This document shows, one piece after another, positions 1-12,421 of a stretch of 64,000 nt of DNA. How positions within the stretch are numbered: position 1 is the first letter of the stretch; each line of letters opens with the position of its first letter. The position numbers and the translations under genes are program-made. The notes below the pieces were generated by a model. It saw only the letters and a list, made by a program, of their open reading frames with translations. It was not told the origin of the DNA and searched no databases. Origin of the DNA: Octopus vulgaris (lineage: Eukaryota); the NCBI GenBank assembly GCA_951406725.2, contig OX597814.1, positions 137,950,001-138,014,000 of the forward strand. The letters run 5' to 3'.

Positions 1-289
1 ATACATACATACATACATACATACATACATACATACATACATACACATACACGCACATACATACGCACACAACTACGTGCACACATACGTACACACATAC
101 ATATATACATACATACACACACACATACACGCATACATACATACACACATACATACATACATACACACATACACGTACATACATACACACACATGCATGC
201 ACACACACGTACACACATACACACACACATACATACATACATACATACATACATACATACATACATACATACATACATACATACATACA

Positions 290-318
<29 letters not shown>
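1..318. repeat. (CATA)n/(CA)n compound microsatellite
   Basis: Direct tandem tetranucleotide repeat; gives rise to the spurious MYVC/HTYI ORFs. Confidence 0.95.
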
Positions 319-320
<2 letters not shown>

Positions 321-425
321 CTATCTGTCTGTCTGTCTGTTTGTCTACCTATATTATACTGAAACTCAAAATTTGTCTGTTTTCTTGCCATTTAATTAAG
401 ACGATAAAGATTACAAATAAAAATG

Positions 426-868
426 CAGTTACCACTCACCATATCGCGACTTACCTATCGCGCCCTCAGTACATCGCGGATTTTTCTGGCTAATATATGT
501 AAATTCATATCGCGGTCTCTTCAGTATTTCGTGGGCTTCTGCGGCCGAAAAGTATTTATATTTTTTTAGATTTTAATTATTTCTGTGGTAAAATAAGCAT
601 TTTAACGCCTCAAAATTGATAAATACAAATACAGTACAGTACTGCACTGTATAACACATTAATTGAAATATATTAAAAGAAAATACGTGGTGTACGGTAG
701 ATGAGTAAACAAAGAATCGCACATACTGCATGAAAAACGGAACTCGGGAGGCGAGTGTGTAGTGTTGTTTTGCATTTATAATAAAATAAATATATACAAA
801 TTATAAAAATAATAAGAAATACAGTACTGTTTTCGAACGTAACACCCGCGATAGTTGAGGGATTACTG
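426..868. mobile_element. pogo/Tigger-like non-autonomous DNA transposon
   Basis: Degenerate TIRs CAGTTACCACTCACCATATCGCG ... CGCGATAGTTGAGGGATTACTG followed by TA. Confidence 0.5.
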
Positions 869-1169
869 TAGTCATTTCCCTCTTTAAGAAAAAAATAATA
901 AGATTGAAAATGTCGACACTTCAAAGAGGCGTCGGTAGCTACCGCTCTTCGTCCTTTTTCCTTGCTTTCTTTTTTCTTCCCTTAACCATTATTACAACTC
1001 CCGAGTCCCGTAGACTGAAAGAAATTCTCCCTATGCTTTTATGAGATATTTTTTCGAATCACGGGTACTTGATTTTTTTTCTTAAAAAATATTAATTTTT
1101 TCTTTAAAATATTTTCTCGCAGTATGAAGATTTATTTACTTTAATATATATATATAGACCATCTCTTTA

Positions 1170-1797
1170 TAGACGAAAATCAGTTGCATTGGGAGGAGAC
1201 GAATCATATAAGAATGGAAATACAAAAAATGGGTAGTACCTTATAATGAAACTCTTTTAAGAGCATTCAAATGCCACTGCAACATTGAAATCGTTGCTTC
1301 TGTGAAGTCAATTAAGTACGTCATCAGATATAATCTAAAAGGAAATAACCAAACTGCTGTTCAAATAAACAATGATAATGAAATTAGTTAATATCTAAAC
1401 GATAGGTAAATTGGACCATCCGAAGCAGTTACAGCCATTTTAGGATTTTCAATTCATGAAAGAGCACATGCTATAGTGAGACTGCAAGTTCATCTACCAG
1501 ATGAACAAAGAATATTGTTCAGAACCAATGAGGATATATATAGCTGTCAATGAACGACATATTAGAACAACATTGACAGAATTTTTTTATTGTGCATCAA
1601 TGATAACTTTGCAAAAACATTACTTTATACTGAAGTACCCATGTATTTTACTTGGAACAGTAATAACAAAGAATGGCAAGTAGAAAGCAAGGAAAAAAGT
1701 TGAAGGCCATTTGAATGTTTTGAAAGAAGAAACACTAGGTCATGTTTATGTGTCACACCAAAGTCAGGAGAACTGTATTATTTAAGAATTTTAGTGC
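1170..1797 (+). mobile_element. Helitron Rep (HUH/Y2) pseudogene fragment
   Basis: Manual translation WVVPYNETLLRAFKCHCNIEIVASVKSIKYVIRYNLKG...IGPSEA...IVRLQVHLPD...RTTLTEFF...YYLRIL, with stops and frameshifts; truncated by the palindrome at 1798. Confidence 0.85.
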
Positions 1798-3088
1798 ATG
1801 AGACCATCGATGCACAGGTTTTGTGTCTGAGGGACTGATTTTCCTCATGCTACAATCAAATAAGTACATTTGTCTTCTGGCCAAATTCCATTCCTATGTC
1901 AGCTGAAAATGTCGTTGTTGATTCCAGCAGTTTTTTTACATTGTTAACATTTTTATCATAAGTCTTGAGGCTATGTATGTATGTCATTATTCAGTTTTAT
2001 TTCAAGATTTCTTCCCAATAGAGAAAGACCCGGTTTCAAACCTAGATCCAAGGCTCCTTCATTGGAATTTCAACAACATCAACGGGTTATTTTTGCATGT
2101 ACGTGCAGTATTTGAAGTCAATGCATGTGCAGATTTGTATGTTTTGTTTTATATATGTATTCTCATGCATATAGTTGCATGTCTAGGCATGTACACATAT
2201 ATACTTAGATGCTAAACTTCTGGAAAGTTTTACAGATTTTTACAGATTTTTACAGTTTATTGCATGAAGTTCGAAATAGTATTTTTTTCCTTTCCTGATG
2301 CGCATCGACATTTTCAATTTGGAGTGATTGTGATCCAACGGGTCACGGCGGATGCATCTAGTATACATACATACATACATACATACATACATACATACAT
2401 ACATACATAATAATAATAATGTAATAAGTAATAATTATTACATTATTATTATGTATGTATGTATGTATGTATGTATGTATGTATGTATGTATGTATGTAT
2501 GTATGTATGTATGTATGTATGTATACTAGATGCATCCGCCGTGACCCGTTGGATCACAACCACTCCAAATTGAAAATGTCGATGCGCATCAGGAAAGGAA
2601 AAAATACTATTTCGAACTTCATGCAATAAACTGTAAAAATCTGTAAAAATCTGTAAAACATTCCAGAAGTTTAGCATCTAAGTATATATGTGTACATGCC
2701 TAGACATGCAACTATATGCTTGAGAATACATATATAAAACAAAACATACAAATCTGCACATGCATTGACTTCAAATACTGCACATACATGCAAAAATAAC
2801 CCGTTGATGTTGTTGAAATTCCAATGAAGGAGCATTGGATCTAGGTTTGAAACCGGGTCTTTCTCTATTGGGAAGAAATCGTGAAATAAAACTGAATAAT
2901 GACATACATACATAGCCTCAAGACTTATGATAAAAATGTTAACAATGTAAAAAAACTGCTGGAATCAACAACGACATTTTCAGCTGACATAGGAATGGAA
3001 TTTGGCCAGAAGACAAATGTACTTATTTGATTGTAGCATGAGGAAAATCAGTCCCTCAGACACAAAACCTGTGCATCGATGGTCTCAT
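1798..3088. repeat. Large inverted duplication (arms about 630-650 bp, axis near 2430)
   Basis: 1798-2426 is the reverse complement of 2434-3088; mirrored ORFs 1973..2215(+) and 2671..2913(-) differ at only 4 residues. Confidence 0.95.
2590..2902 (+). mobile_element. 3' end of an RLE-type (R4/Dong-like) non-LTR retrotransposon
   Basis: C-terminal TVKICKTFQKFSI* resembles the C-termini at ~4290 and ~27300; the 3' UTR ends in CATACATACATA. Confidence 0.5.
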
Positions 3089-4436
3089 TATCTCTCCTGT
3101 CCCACACAAAGAATGCCATAATTACCTTGGCATTGATGAAAATACAGGGTGAATCAAAAGTAGCGCCCAGTTTCTGGGAAGTCATGCCTTTGTTGCTTTG
3201 CAGGTTCTTACTGACACTTTTGAAAATTACTGAATCTGGATCATGCATCACGTTGTTAATAATCTTTGATAACCCAAACCCGTAGAACAAGAGATAGGAA
3301 TCAAAAGTCTCTCCCAATTGTTAAGTCATATATATCAACCCTTAAACATGAATTGGGCACTACTTTAGACTCGCCCTGTATATCCTACCAAGGTACTGTG
3401 AACAAAGATGGAGTGATCCAAAAATATTACACCGGACTAAGGAAAATATGATAGTCTGAACTCTCCTGTTACAACAAGACAATATCCCACACTACTGTAT
3501 CAATGCTGCTTCCAACATTTGAGACATTCGACTGGTCTACAGAAGAATTACACTCTATAGACATTAAAACCCACTAGATTCTAGAATCAACTGGAAATCT
3601 TCACAAAAATAGTGATATCGACAGGCTTTACCTAAGAAGAGGTAAAGGAGGTAGAGGCTTGAGATCAGTGCAAACAGCCTTCGAATGTCGCATAGTCTCT
3701 CTCAGAGAAGTACTTGCTAAACAACAGCAGCAAAAATAAATACGTTAACTTAATGCTGAAAGTGAAGGAAACAATATCCTACGTGATAGAAGCGAGCTCC
3801 TCAGGAAGTACTCTCTCTGGCAACTGCTCAGAAATGTCATCAACGTACTACACCCTATGCAACATGACGTCGCAAAAACAATATACAATGCCATTCGGAA
3901 AAAAGGACTGTCCTTGAATAAATATAGAGAATACTCCTTTTATTGAATATGTACACAAATATCAGTACAAGGAATACTGGTAGAATATTCCTATTAAAAC
4001 TTTTGTCCAGAGTAAGCGTAACAGGTATGATATTGTTGTTTGGGGCGGACAAACTGACCTGTTAATGTGAATATCTCTTTGAAAATCAAAGAGAAAGAAG
4101 ATAATTATGGACAACTGCTTCGAAGCCTCTAGCTTCTGTATCCGGATTACAAATTTGTATTTATGTCAATAATAATTGGAGAGCTCGATTTTGTAAGTAA
4201 ATGCCCAACTGTCAGTTTGGATAAGCTTGGATTTTCAGGAAAAGAAATCAACTGATTCGCACATTACGATACAATCTGTAATCTGAACATAAAACTATGC
4301 AAGGCTTTTCTCAGGTTTAAAATGTGACATTGATTCTGTTATCTGCATTCCAATGATGGCGCTTTGTATCTTTGTTAGAAACCAGTTCCTTCTTGAGCGG
4401 AAGAATTTAAATGATTAAAAACAAAAAAAAAAAAAA
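2915..4436 (+). mobile_element. 5'-truncated RLE-type (R4/Dong-like) non-LTR retrotransposon
   Basis: RT motifs FSADIGMEFG, YNYLGIDEN, DIDRLYLRRGKGGRGL; degenerate Zn/HD and REL-endonuclease region (DIVVW...KEKEDNY...IIIG); poly(A) at ~4417-4436; CATA repeats on both flanks. Confidence 0.85.
3145..3378. mobile_element. Tc1/mariner-type MITE nested in the RLE element
   Basis: TA|CAGGGTGAATCAAAAGTAGCGCCC ... GGGCACTACTTTAGACTCGCCCTG|TA; removing it restores the reading GIDEN-ISYQG. Confidence 0.85.
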
Positions 4437-4877
4437 CATACATACTTATGTGTATTTATATATATGTGTGCGCGTGTGTGTGTGTATCTAGGTTTGTATG
4501 TATTCATGTTTGCGTGTGTGTGTATCTATGTTTCTATGTATTCATGTGTGTGTGTGTGTGTGTGTATCTATGTTTGTATGTATTCATGTGCATGTGTGTA
4601 TGTGTGTGTGTGTGTGTGCGTGTAGATAAACATAATTAGGCTTGATACAGAAATCTCGATTTGGATTTCTCTTTTGAGGGCTTTGCCCTAGCCAGAGTCG
4701 GAATTTAAGTTCAAATTAATTTGAGCACTACTATGTATTTCTTATACTGAGTTTATTTAAATCTTACCTGCTGACTTGTTCATGTATGTGTGAGTGTGTG
4801 TGCGCGTGCGTGTGTGTATGTGCGCACGTGCGTGTGTGTATGTGTGTGTACGCGCGTGCGTGAGTATGTCTGTGTAT

Positions 4878-4945
<68 letters not shown>
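4878..4945. repeat. (GATA)n microsatellite
   Basis: Direct repeat. Confidence 0.95.
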
Positions 4946-4946
<1 letters not shown>

Positions 4947-5133
4947 GGTTTACCGTAATTTCTTAGGCTCAGACCAGAACAATCTTCAACTTAAGGCATC
5001 ATTAGTATAAATACTTGTATTAACTTTTATAACCTACTTTTACTTATGTGCAATGTGCTTCCTTTTCTCTCCAGTACTAAGATTCTGAATTTCAAAGTCT
5101 TAAAGAATTGCAGCATGCTTAGGTCATTAGTTA

Positions 5134-6323
5134 TCTATATAAATAAAAATGAAATTCTTCCTGTTCGGAACCCCTGTATCTCTCTCTACATTTGCTCTAC
5201 AAAGACATATTATACCTCTTTGGAATCAGTATGATCCCAGGATTGAAAATCTAACCTTCATTTGGTACATGAACATCCAGCATTGGGATCTGTTGTAAGA
5301 GCATTTGGGCTGCTATTTCTAGCAAGTAAGGCGGCCGTGAGAGGTTTCAAACGGTTTACAAGAGTTACTTCAAATGCGACATTCTGTATAAGAAAACTGA
5401 CAGAAACATTTTTGAATTTAATACTAAAACTGTTTGACTTTAATACCAAAAACATTGTAACAGTCACCCCCGTTACCTACAATAATAGAATTAACAAGAA
5501 TCAAGGACAATCACTCAAAATTGTTGGACTTCACCTCATTCAGCAATGCTTTTTCCGTGGTCAGCTCTATGTTGGTTGTTCCAGAGTTGGAAATGGCAAC
5601 AATCTCTTCGTACTAACACCAGATGGTAAAACGAAGAATATTGTTCATCCTGCTGCTTTACCGTGATCTCTAAATGTCACAGTGATACAAAATTCTCCAA
5701 ATGTGATTCTCTGTGATATAAACCTGAGATGGTAGTGTAGTGACGCCAGGTTTTAGACACCATTTTTGGATGTCCATCTGCGCATGTGCAATGTTTAGTG
5801 TCTTCCGGTAGGCCGCCGAAAGTCCCCTGATGCGCATGCGCAGTAATCAAGGGCAGTTAGCCTTTCCCGCTATTCCAAGCCTCTTGGCTCTTGGCGGTCG
5901 ATAAATTAAAACGTGTCCCAACAAGGCTCCGAGCAAAGGGCGAACCAGACTCGAATGGCTAACCAGACTCCGCAGGCGGTGAAGACTGTTTTAACAGTGG
6001 TGATTTAATCCGACTCTTCTGCTTTCCTAACCCCTGGCGTTCATGCTACCGATGACCAGCGATGAAGTATCTCCTTCTGTGAAATAATAAACTATTATTG
6101 TTATTTATTCAGCTATTCGTGTTCCTGCCGTTTTATTCCCTTCTAGAACATTGTAGGGAAATGTGTGAGGCACCCTACAAGTGCAGATATCACACAGAGA
6201 TAGATAACTAACAATAAATGTTTTATTATTATTGCTCTCCTCAGTTTTGGGGTGAAGGCTCCCAATTGGCGCTCCGCAGTAGCTAGCTTAAAAGTCCGCA
6301 TGGAGTGCGAACTTTTAAGCTAG
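5134..6323 (+). mobile_element. Non-autonomous Helitron with PIF1 helicase C-terminal remnant
   Basis: 5' A|TCTATATAAATAAAA; INKNQGQSLKIVGL...GQLYVGCSRV...KTKNIVH (~5490-5666); 3' hairpin AAAAGTCCGCA-TGGAG-TGCGAACTTTT then CTAG|T. Confidence 0.8.
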
Positions 6324-6934
6324 TAAGAGATTAGGTAGGAAAAAACACACGTTTTTATTGATTATGTACGATATTCTGACTCCTGAGAATAAGTAATTTT
6401 TAATCCTGGAAACGCGTAGTAAGCAAGATTTCTTTAAAACTCTGATATCTATCTACTTTTGAGCTGGGAATGGTCTTACATTAAGTACATTACACTCCCG
6501 CTGAGTCAGTTGACAAAGATACTTAGTGTTAAACTTAAACTGAACTATGACATGTATGAGTATTAATTACTTGTAGGGACACAGTAAGCATTGTTATCAC
6601 AGTAGGAAACAGTATTGACTAATAAATCGTTTAATATAAACTTTGTAGTATATTATTACATGAATATGCTTACATGTTAGTTTGTATCTTGTTTATGTAC
6701 GGCAGGGTCGGCACTCCCAGCCAATTTCATCATTAAAAAATTGTTTTTGATCCATAACAGGGACATACCGATGCATTTCAATATAAAACTGAACAGATTT
6801 CCTCACCAGTCGGAGCACCGGGACAGATTTTTCAAATTACGATGCTTTGGTAACATTAACTGTGTATGTATGTATGTATGTATGTATGTATGTATGTATG
6901 TATGTATGTATGTATGTATGTATGTATGTATGTG

Positions 6935-7108
6935 TGCCTCTCAGCTGGAGGTCTAAAAAGACATGTTAAGAGAGTGCATATGGTGGCACCTGTTCCTCCT
7001 GCCAGCCAGCACAGTTGTCTAGTATGTAATAAAATGTGTAAAAGCTTGGCCAAACTTGAAATTCATATAAGGGCCTCACATGGCAACAATCATGAATCTT
7101 TTCAGTAA
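6935..7108 (+). mobile_element. 3' end of an RTE/BovB-like LINE with C2H2 fingers (copy 1)
   Basis: CLSAGGLKRHVKRVH...CLVCNKMCKSLAKLEIHIRASH*; preceded by (TATG)n. Confidence 0.6.
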
Positions 7109-7737
<629 letters not shown>

Positions 7738-9699
7738 GTATGTATGTACGTATCTGTTTGCCTACGTATGCACACATGCAGACGCACACACATGTGCGAT
7801 TGGCCTCTGTTTTGTTTTTCATATAGAAGCCAAAAGCGCACAATGCGCACTCGCGTGGAGTCTCTAAGATTGGAATATATACATTAGAAGCTTGTTGCAT
7901 ATCATGTAACACGTAGCCATCTTGTCCTTTGCTTCGTCAACTTTTACGATGTCCTGCTGAATGTCGCTGTGTTAAAAGTCCTGGACAGAGGCATGAATTA
8001 CATTACGGGCCAACGAATGTCTCTGGGTGGTTCAGCTACTTGGTAGAAATAATACTCCAATCTCCCTCAAATCACATCATATATAAGAATAGGACACAAA
8101 GGGTAATGAAGTCAAACATACCCTTAAAAATGATGAGATGGTCATTGCTGAAGTATTTTTGATCATAGGTCTGCTTGTTTGATAAAATAAAGTCACAGTC
8201 AAGTATTGGGGTCGGGCCAATGAAATCGCCTTGCTCCCTCCTCTGAAAATCTCTGGTGTGCGCCTAAATCAGATTCTATTATCATCCGGAATATCGTCAG
8301 CTGCTTACGGCCTTCTTCCAGTCACGCAATGCAGTCAGTGGAAGTCACACTTTGATATTCTATAGAAGGTTGGTAGTGGGCAATAATAACGACGTTCTCG
8401 AGAAAACTTTGGAGGTTAACGAAAATCAACCAGCTGGTCTGTTCCGAAGGACTTTTGGGCCGGGGCCCACGGATAATTTCCGGAAAACACTGACCTAGCA
8501 GTGCTACCGGAAGGCTTTATCGGTCTAAGATAAACTCTACTTGTACGGAGGTGCCGCAGCCAGGCCTGTTTGAGATGCGCATAGAGCGATGAAGTTGTTC
8601 TGCTCGCACTAATCCAATGCCCGAGCATTGCTGCTTTGTGGAGTTATGACGAACAGATACTCTCATGTAAAACGTGTCCCAACAAGGCTCCGAGCAAAGG
8701 GGCGAACCAGACTCGAAGGGCTAACCAGACTCCGCAGGCGGTGAAGACTGTTTTAACCGTGGTGATTTAATCCGACTCTTCTGCTTTCCTAACCCCTGGC
8801 GTTCATGCTTACCGATGACCAGCGATGAAGTATCTCCTGTGAAATAATAAACTATTATTGTTATTTATTCAGCTATTCGTGTTCCTGCCGTTTTATTCCC
8901 TTCTAGAACATTGTAGGGAAATGTGTGAGGCACCCTACAAGTGCAGATATCACACAGAGATAGATAACAAACAATAAATGTTTTATTATTATTGCTCTCC
9001 TCAGTTAAGGGGTGAAGGCTCCCAATTGGCGCTCCGCAGTAGCTAGCTTAAAAGTCCGCATGGAGTGCGAACTTTTAAGCTAGTAAGAGATTAGGTAGGA
9101 AAAAACACACGTTTTTATTGATTATGTACGATATTCTGACTCCTGAAAATAAGTAATTTTTAATCCTGGAAACGCGTAGTAAGCAAGATTTCTTTAAAAC
9201 TCTGATATCTATCTACTTTTGAGCCGGGAATGGTCTTACATTAAGTACATTACACTCCCGCTGAGTCAGTTGACAAAGATACTTAGTGTTAAACTTAAAC
9301 TGAACTATGACATGTATGAGTATTAATTACCTGTAGGGACACAGTAAGCATTGTTATCACAGTAGGAAACAGTATTGACTAATAAATCGTTTAATATAAA
9401 CTTTGTAGTATATTATTACATGAATATGCTTACATGTTAGTTTGTATCTTGTTTATGTATGGCAGGGTCGGCACTCCCAGCCAATTTCATCATTAAAAAA
9501 TTGTTTTTGATACATAACAGGGACATACCGATGCATTTCAATATAAAACTGAACAGATTTCCTCACCAGTCGGAGCACCGGGACAGATTTTTCAAATTAC
9601 GATGCTTTGGTAACATTAACTGTGTATGTATGTATGTATGTATGTATGTATGTATGTATGTATGTATGTATGTATGTATGTATGTATGTATGTATGTAT

Positions 9700-9927
9700 G
9701 CCTCTCAGCTGGAGGTCTAAAAAGACATGTTAAGAGAGTGCATATGGTGGCACCTGTTCCTCCTGCCAGCCAGCACAGTTGTCTAGTATGTAATAAAATG
9801 TGTAAAAGCTTGGCCAGACTTGAAATTCATATAAGGGCCTCACATGGCAACAATCATGAATCTTTTCAGTAAGTCTTATTGGCAATGGCTTTTCTCGTGT
9901 AACGAGGATGCAGCTGTCATATGTCAT
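9700..9927 (+). mobile_element. 3' end of an RTE/BovB-like LINE with C2H2 fingers and (TATG)n tail (copy 2)
   Basis: Same C2H2 ORF end; the 3' UTR CTCGTGTAACGAGGATGCAGC runs into (TATG)n. Confidence 0.6.
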
Positions 9928-10084
9928 GTATGTATGTATGTATGTATGTATGTATGTATGTATGTATGTATGTATGTATGTATGTATGTATGTATGTATG
10001 CATGTATGCATGTATGTATGTATGTATGTATGTGTGTATGTATGTATGTACGTACGTATGTACGTATTCTCTTTTACTCTTTTA

Positions 10085-10476
10085 TTTGTTTCAGTCATTT
10101 GACTGTGGCCTTGCTGGTGCACCACCTTTAGTCGAGCAAATCGACCCCAGGACTTATTGTTTGTAAGCCGAGTACTTATTCTATCAGTCTCTTTTGCCGA
10201 ACCGCTAAGTTACGGGGACGTAAACACACCAGCATCGGTTGTCAAGCGATGTTGGGGGGACAAACACAGACACAAACATATACACACACATACATATATA
10301 TATACATATATACGACGGGCTTCTTTCAGTTTCCGTCTACCAAATCCACTCACAAGGATTTGGTCGGCCCGAGGCTATAGTAGAAGACACTTGCCCAAGG
10401 TGCCACGCAGTGGGACTGAACCCGGAACCATGTGGTTGGTAAACAAGCTACTTACCATACAGCCACTCCTACGCCT
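10085..10476 (-). mobile_element. tRNA-derived SINE family A
   Basis: Full head-to-tail match to the other family A copies; no insert in its (TA) tract. Confidence 0.85.
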
Positions 10477-11049
10477 GTATGTATGTATGTATGTATGTAT
10501 GTATGTATGTATGTATGTATGTATGTATGTATGTATGTATGTATGTATGTATGTATGTATGTATGTATGTATGTATGTATGTATGTACTATGTATCTGTT
10601 TGCCTACGTATGCACACATACGCACAATCACACACATGTGCGATTGGACGCTGTTTTGTTTTTCATATAGAAGCCAAAGCGCACAATGCGCACTTGCATG
10701 GAGTCTCTAAGATTGGAATATATACATTAGAAGCTTATTGCATATCATGTAACACGTAGCCATCTTGTCCTTTGCTTCGTCAACTTTTACGATGACCTGC
10801 TGAATGTCGCTGTGCTAAAAGTCCTGGACAGAGGCATGAATTACATTACGGGCCAACGAATGTCTCTGGGTGGTTCAGCTAATTGGTAGAAATAATACTC
10901 CAATTTCCCTCAAATCACATCATATATAAGGGTAATGAAGTCAAACATGCCCTTAAAAATGATGAGATGGTCACTGCTGAAGTATTTTTGATCATAAGTC
11001 TGCTTGTTTGATAAAATAAAGTCACAGTCAAGTATTGGGGTCGGGCCCA

Positions 11050-12040
11050 TGAAATCGCCTTGTTCCCTCCTCTGAAAATCTCTGGTGTGCGCCTAAATCA
11101 GATTCTATTATCATCCGGAATATCGTCAGCTGCTTACGGCCTTCTTCCAGTCACGCAATGCAGTCAGTGGAAGTCACACTTTGATATTTTATAGAAGGTT
11201 GATAGTGGGCAATAATAACGACGTTCTCGAGAAAACTCTGAAGGTTAACGAAAATCAACCAGCTGGTCTGTTCCGAAGGACTTTTGGGCCGGGGCCCACG
11301 GATAATTTCCGGAAAACACTGACCTAGCAGTGCTACCGGAAGGCTTTATCGGTCTAAGATAAACTCTACTTGTACGGAGGTGCCGCAGTCAGGCCTGTTT
11401 GAGATGCGCATAGAGCGATGAAGCTGTTCTGCTCGCACTGATCCAATGCCCGAGCATTACTGCTTTGTGGAGTTATGACGAACAGATACTCTCATGTATA
11501 GAGCGATTCCGGCTATCAACCGAGTCTGTTCTGAGGATCGTTCCGCCGCTTTTTCTTTATGGTTATGAAAGGCAAGCAAAGTTTATCTGCCTGGTGGCTT
11601 AGCGAAAGGGGTTGTGTGGTGGTCTAGATTGGAAAGGCAAAAAAAAAAAAAAAAAAAAAAACACCTTCCTCTTAGGTCAAGCTCAAGTTTTACTCGAAAG
11701 GGTAAGTGAGGGTGGAGAAGGAAGTGCTACTTCACAGCAAATCTGCTAACGGGTGGATGTGAGTGGTGTGCATGGTCCGAGTGAACAGGCCTGCTCTGAA
11801 CATGCACTTGTAGATTGCAGAAGGACAATTGGTAAGGGCACTTGTTCACGATGACTGTGGTTTTAAGAAGTTCCCACGAGTAGCCCTTGGAGGTTTCCTA
11901 TTTGGGTGAAATTATGCTTTTTGAATTTTTTCCTCTTTGTTTTTGGTATTTAATTTTTTACACGCTCTTTTATGTAATCCCTTGCAAAATCGTCCTCTAC
12001 CATCTTTAATGTTTTTGTCAATCCTTAGTTGCTAATAAAG
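11050..12040 (+). mobile_element. L1/Tx1-like LINE 3' remnant (partial duplicate at ~8220-8667)
   Basis: FRRTFGPGPTDNFRKTLT*QCYRKAL...DKLY...ACLRCA*SDEAVLLALIQCP (zf-RVT-like Cys motif); AATAAA near 12033. Confidence 0.6.
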
Positions 12041-12333
12041 AAAATATTGAGAGAGGGCTTGTACTTTTGATGATCAGGGTAATCTTGGATCTGTGGGTAC
12101 TAACTGGAGTTTCTCCTATCTTATCTTAGACCGATTAAGTCTTCCGGTAGCACTGTTAGGTCAGTGCTTTCTGGAAATTATCCGTGGGCCCTGGTCCAAA
12201 AGTCCTTCGGAACAGATTACATACTTTATATATTTTGTGTACTTTTATCATATTCACTACCTTTCCCATTTCTTTCTCCCCCACTATATATGTAAATTCC
12301 CTCACAAATTGTTATCTGTTCATATGATGCCCC

Positions 12334-12390
<57 letters not shown>

Positions 12391-12421
12391 TATTATTATT
12401 ATTATTATTACTATTATTATT
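12334..12421. repeat. (TTA)n microsatellite
   Basis: Direct repeat. Confidence 0.95.

Noticed and set aside
6935-7108. Host C2H2 zinc-finger gene exon
   Set aside because: No canonical linkers or splice context; it ends in a LINE-like 3' UTR and microsatellite tail.
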